Source: Candidatus Latescibacterota bacterium (GTDB lineage Bacteria > Latescibacterota > UBA2968 > GCA-2709665). Taken from it: a stretch of DNA of 64,000 nt. The stretch covers positions 320,001 to 384,000 of the forward strand of contig OZ242358.1 in the NCBI GenBank assembly GCA_965208835.1. Reading direction: 5' to 3'. The notes beneath the pieces were generated by a model. That model was given only the letters and a program-made list of their open reading frames with translations, was not told the origin of the DNA and made no database searches. A program made the translations under genes and the position numbers. How positions within the stretch are numbered: position 1 is the stretch's first letter; each line of letters begins with the position of its first letter. Shown here one piece after another: positions 61,013-64,000 of the stretch.

Positions 61013-63040
61013 ATGGCTGATTCTACCGAGGATCCGACGACTCAACCGCTGACTTTGACTCAAGAACTCATCCTGATGCTTCTCAATGAGGAGACCGGTT
61101 ACTTCCACCAGGTCCCCGGCTGGGATTTGCACTGCGCTGTTGTCGGCGCCGTGCTTGCGGAACTTTCACTCCGGTCCCGCATTGACACGGACGCGGAGTC
61201 CCTGTTCCTCCTCGACCAGACGCCAACGGGCAATTCCACCATCGATCCCATACTGAAAGAAATCGCAAGCGAGTCAAATCAGCAGAATACCCAGTACTGG
61301 ATCGAGCGGCTGGCTTCCCGTGCAGAGTCGATCGTTGATTCGGTTCTGGACCGCTTGGTAGAAATGAAGATCCTGGAACACCACGACGGCGAGTTCTGGA
61401 CGTTGGCCCGTACCGACTGGAAGATGGGATTGCACAGCGACGACGATACGGGCACCGCGAATCAGTACATCAGAACGCGGATCAGTCGGGCGATCTTCAT
61501 GAACGAGATACCCGACCCGAGAGACGTCATAATCATCTGCCTCGTCAATACGTGCGACGTATTTCGGTACATTTTCCAACTCGACGACGAGACGGAGCAG
61601 CGCATCGAGTTCATCTGCAAGATGGACGAGATCGGGCGTTCAATATCAGAAGCGGTCTCCCACAATCTCGCTGGCCCGATGCTTCGACGTCCCGTGCTTA
61701 CCCGGAAGATTCCGAAGGTTTCGCTACGCAAGCTGGTGCTAAACCCACATGTTCTAGACGGGAACGTAAATGCGCTATTTGCGGATCTTGCGCAGGAATA
61801 CGGCCCGGTGTTTGAGATCCGTCCTCCGTTCGCCAAGCCCATGATCTTCCTTGCGGGACTCGAGGCAAACCGCTGGGTGCATAAGCACGGGCGCATGTAC
61901 CTGAGAGCCAAGGACTACTTCAGCGACTTCGAGAAGGTCTACGGCGCGTCCGGCCTCTTGCCTTCCCTGGACGGCGCCGATCACTTCCGGCTTCGCAAGT
62001 CCTTGTCGCCAGCGTATTCTCGCGGCAGACTGGAAGGGCAGATGGACCAGCTCTACCAGAATGCGCGGAATTACATGGCAAGCTGGAACGTTGGAGACGC
62101 CTATACTGCCACGTCCATGTGCCGGCAGATGGTGAACGCCCAACTCTCGCCACTGTTTATTGGTGTCGACAGCCAGGATCTCATGGACGATCTGATGAAA
62201 TACAAGGAACGGGCGCTCAGCGTTCACATCGCCAGGATGTTGCCAAAATTCACGCTGAACACCCCAGGCATGAGACGCCGGGCGAAAACCCTCGATACGC
62301 TGATGGAGCGAATCGAGGGGGTCCATACCCCCGCCCAACGGGCCGAAAGTCCGCGGGATCTCGTGGACGAGTACCTGAGCCTGCACGCGAGTGACCCGCA
62401 GTTCCTCCCGGAGTCCAACCTGCGGTTTGCCTTTTCCGCAGCGTTGATCGCCAGCGTGTACCTTGGCGATACGTTCAGCCTGGTCGTTTACGCGATGGCG
62501 TCGCAGCCTGCCCTTTGCGAGAAAATCCGAAATGAAGCCGATGCCATGTTCGAGAACGGCGATCCGGATGCCGAGGCCTTCACGCCATCCGCGATTGACG
62601 TCACGCATCGCTTCCTCATGGAGTGTATGCGCATGTACCCAATCGTTCCCATGTCCATTCGAAACGTGATGAATACGTGTGTGTTCGAGGGTTACGAACT
62701 GCCGTTGGGGGAACGCATCCACATCGCGATGACCGCCGCGCATTACATGAGCGACGTCTTTCCTGACCCGAACACCTTCGACATCGACCGCTACCTGCCG
62801 CCGCGACACGAGCATCGCAGCCCCGGGTACGCTCCGTACGGACTGGGCACGCATATGTGTCTCGGCACACGCTGGATGGAATTGCAACTTGCTGTCAACT
62901 TGCTGTTGCTGACGCACTATTTCAAGATCGAAATGTCGCCAGCCAACTATAAGCTGCGGTTCAATCCGTTTCCGTCGTTGAAACCTAGCAAGAAGCTGAA
63001 GTTCCGGATTACCGAACAGCGACGGGAACTGTTCGACTGA
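61013..63040 (+). CDS. Cytochrome P450 fused to an N-terminal GPP34/GOLPH3-like domain
   Basis: N-terminal LTLTQELILMLL...GAVLAELSLRSRI (GPP34 pattern); P450 ExxR (ECMR), FDIDRY and heme ligand YGLGTHMCLG. Confidence 0.85.
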   Translation: MADSTEDPTTQPLTLTQELILMLLNEETGYFHQVPGWDLHCAVVGAVLAELSLRSRIDTDAESLFLLDQTPTGNSTIDPILKEIASESNQQNTQYWIERLASRAESIVDSVLDRLVEMKILEHHDGEFWTLARTDWKMGLHSDDDTGTANQYIRTRISRAIFMNEIPDPRDVIIICLVNTCDVFRYIFQLDDETEQRIEFICKMDEIGRSISEAVSHNLAGPMLRRPVLTRKIPKVSLRKLVLNPHVLDGNVNALFADLAQEYGPVFEIRPPFAKPMIFLAGLEANRWVHKHGRMYLRAKDYFSDFEKVYGASGLLPSLDGADHFRLRKSLSPAYSRGRLEGQMDQLYQNARNYMASWNVGDAYTATSMCRQMVNAQLSPLFIGVDSQDLMDDLMKYKERALSVHIARMLPKFTLNTPGMRRRAKTLDTLMERIEGVHTPAQRAESPRDLVDEYLSLHASDPQFLPESNLRFAFSAALIASVYLGDTFSLVVYAMASQPALCEKIRNEADAMFENGDPDAEAFTPSAIDVTHRFLMECMRMYPIVPMSIRNVMNTCVFEGYELPLGERIHIAMTAAHYMSDVFPDPNTFDIDRYLPPRHEHRSPGYAPYGLGTHMCLGTRWMELQLAVNLLLLTHYFKIEMSPANYKLRFNPFPSLKPSKKLKFRITEQRRELFD

Positions 63041-63080
63041 CGAAATGGCTCCTTGTGGAGCCAGGGGGAAACACCACAAA

Positions 63081-64000
63081 ATGCGGCTGGGCAAACTATC
63101 AAGAGCGCCGGGAGATTCGTACCGGGGATCGGGCGTCGCAAGTCGAGTGCGGCACTTCGACGGCTGGCTCGAACGGGCGGCGACGGAGCCCGGTGACGTG
63201 GGCGGGTACGATCACACTGAAACAGTGAAAGACTATTACGACCTTTGCAGCGGGTTCATGGTGTGGGGCTGGGGCGAGTCCCTGCACTTCGCGCCTCTCA
63301 CGCCTGATGAGAGTGTGGAAGCGTCCATGGTCCGGCATCAGCGGTGGATGATCTCCAAGTTGGAGCTGCAACAGGGTATGACGGTGGTCGACGTCGGTTG
63401 TGGAGTCGGCGCCCCCATGCGCCGCGTCGTCCGCGAGGCTGGTGTCAGGGTTGTAGGAATCAACATCAATGAGATCCAGTTGGAAGAAGCGAAAAGGTTG
63501 AACGCCGAGGCGGGGCTCGATCACATGGTCGATTTCGAGACGTGCAGCTTCATGGACATGGGCGCCATCGAGGACGACACCTTCGACCGGGGTTATGCCA
63601 TAGAGTCAACGTGCCATGCGCCGGACAAGCAGCGCGCCTTCGCGGAGATCTTCCGCGTGCTGAAACCCGGTGCCCTGTTCTGGGGCCAGGAAATGTGTCT
63701 CACGGACAGGTTCGATCCGAAAGACGAGCGGCACCAGGCCATCAAGCAGGATCTCATGCGCGGCATTGCGCTGAAGGACATCGCGACCTTCGGGGAAGTG
63801 AATCGCGCGCTCGGAGCCGCGGGATTCCAAGTCATGGAAGGGATGGACCGAGACGTCCAGAAGGGACCCTCCACGCCTTGGTATCAGCCCATGGAGAGTC
63901 GCCATGGGACGTTGGGGAACACCTTGCGCAGGCTTCCGTGGGGCCGCAAGGCGGTCATCGCAGGATTGCAGCTGGCGGAAGTACTGCGGCTCTTTCCGAA
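63081..64000 (+). CDS. Sterol C24-methyltransferase-like SAM-dependent methyltransferase (runs off window edge)
   Basis: Translated by hand (absent from ORF track; in-frame ATGs at 63045 and 63081): YYD...WGWGESLHFAP, VDVGCGVGAP, YAIESTCHAP, EIFRVLKPG, PWY. Confidence 0.85.
   Translation, partial: MRLGKLSRAPGDSYRGSGVASRVRHFDGWLERAATEPGDVGGYDHTETVKDYYDLCSGFMVWGWGESLHFAPLTPDESVEASMVRHQRWMISKLELQQGMTVVDVGCGVGAPMRRVVREAGVRVVGININEIQLEEAKRLNAEAGLDHMVDFETCSFMDMGAIEDDTFDRGYAIESTCHAPDKQRAFAEIFRVLKPGALFWGQEMCLTDRFDPKDERHQAIKQDLMRGIALKDIATFGEVNRALGAAGFQVMEGMDRDVQKGPSTPWYQPMESRHGTLGNTLRRLPWGRKAVIAGLQLAEVLRLFP

Overview
Bacterial chromosomal window, GC-rich, probably from a marine sponge symbiont (inferred from a SupA-type PKS cluster and a bacterial sterol methyltransferase-like gene). 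Left to right: the 5' end of a nuo operon (nuoA, fused nuoCD, nuoE; no nuoB), a GNAT and a Zn-dependent alcohol dehydrogenase; then a ~19.4 kb, visibly more AT-rich defence island built on a type I RM operon (hsdM, hsdS, a frameshifted RloC-like ATPase, hsdR, an M48 peptidase). An ~8 kb block sits between the ATPase and hsdR. It carries the best candidate for a new system: a five-gene cassette, SLATT(DUF4231)-TGT-like-OGG glycosylase-QueC-TIR. This is the type IV CBASS ancillary module (Cap10/Cap11/Cap9-like) with a Thoeris-like TIR in place of the CD-NTase, and the TIR starts with a Gly-rich MGGIGSG tail that could be a deazaguanylation acceptor. The block also holds a DUF1828 gene pair and an AAA-DUF3696/PIN pair. 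Further right: STAS, a permease with a kinase-like tail, the sup PKS genes, a TonB-dependent receptor, an ADP-ribosylglycohydrolase, trpS with a Trp-Trp-Trp leader-peptide attenuator, hemB, a heparinase-like lyase, a Na+/solute symporter, an RND pump, a GPP34-P450 fusion and a sterol C24-methyltransferase-like gene. Two MITE families occur in two copies each. All family calls come from motif recognition by eye; no database search was run.
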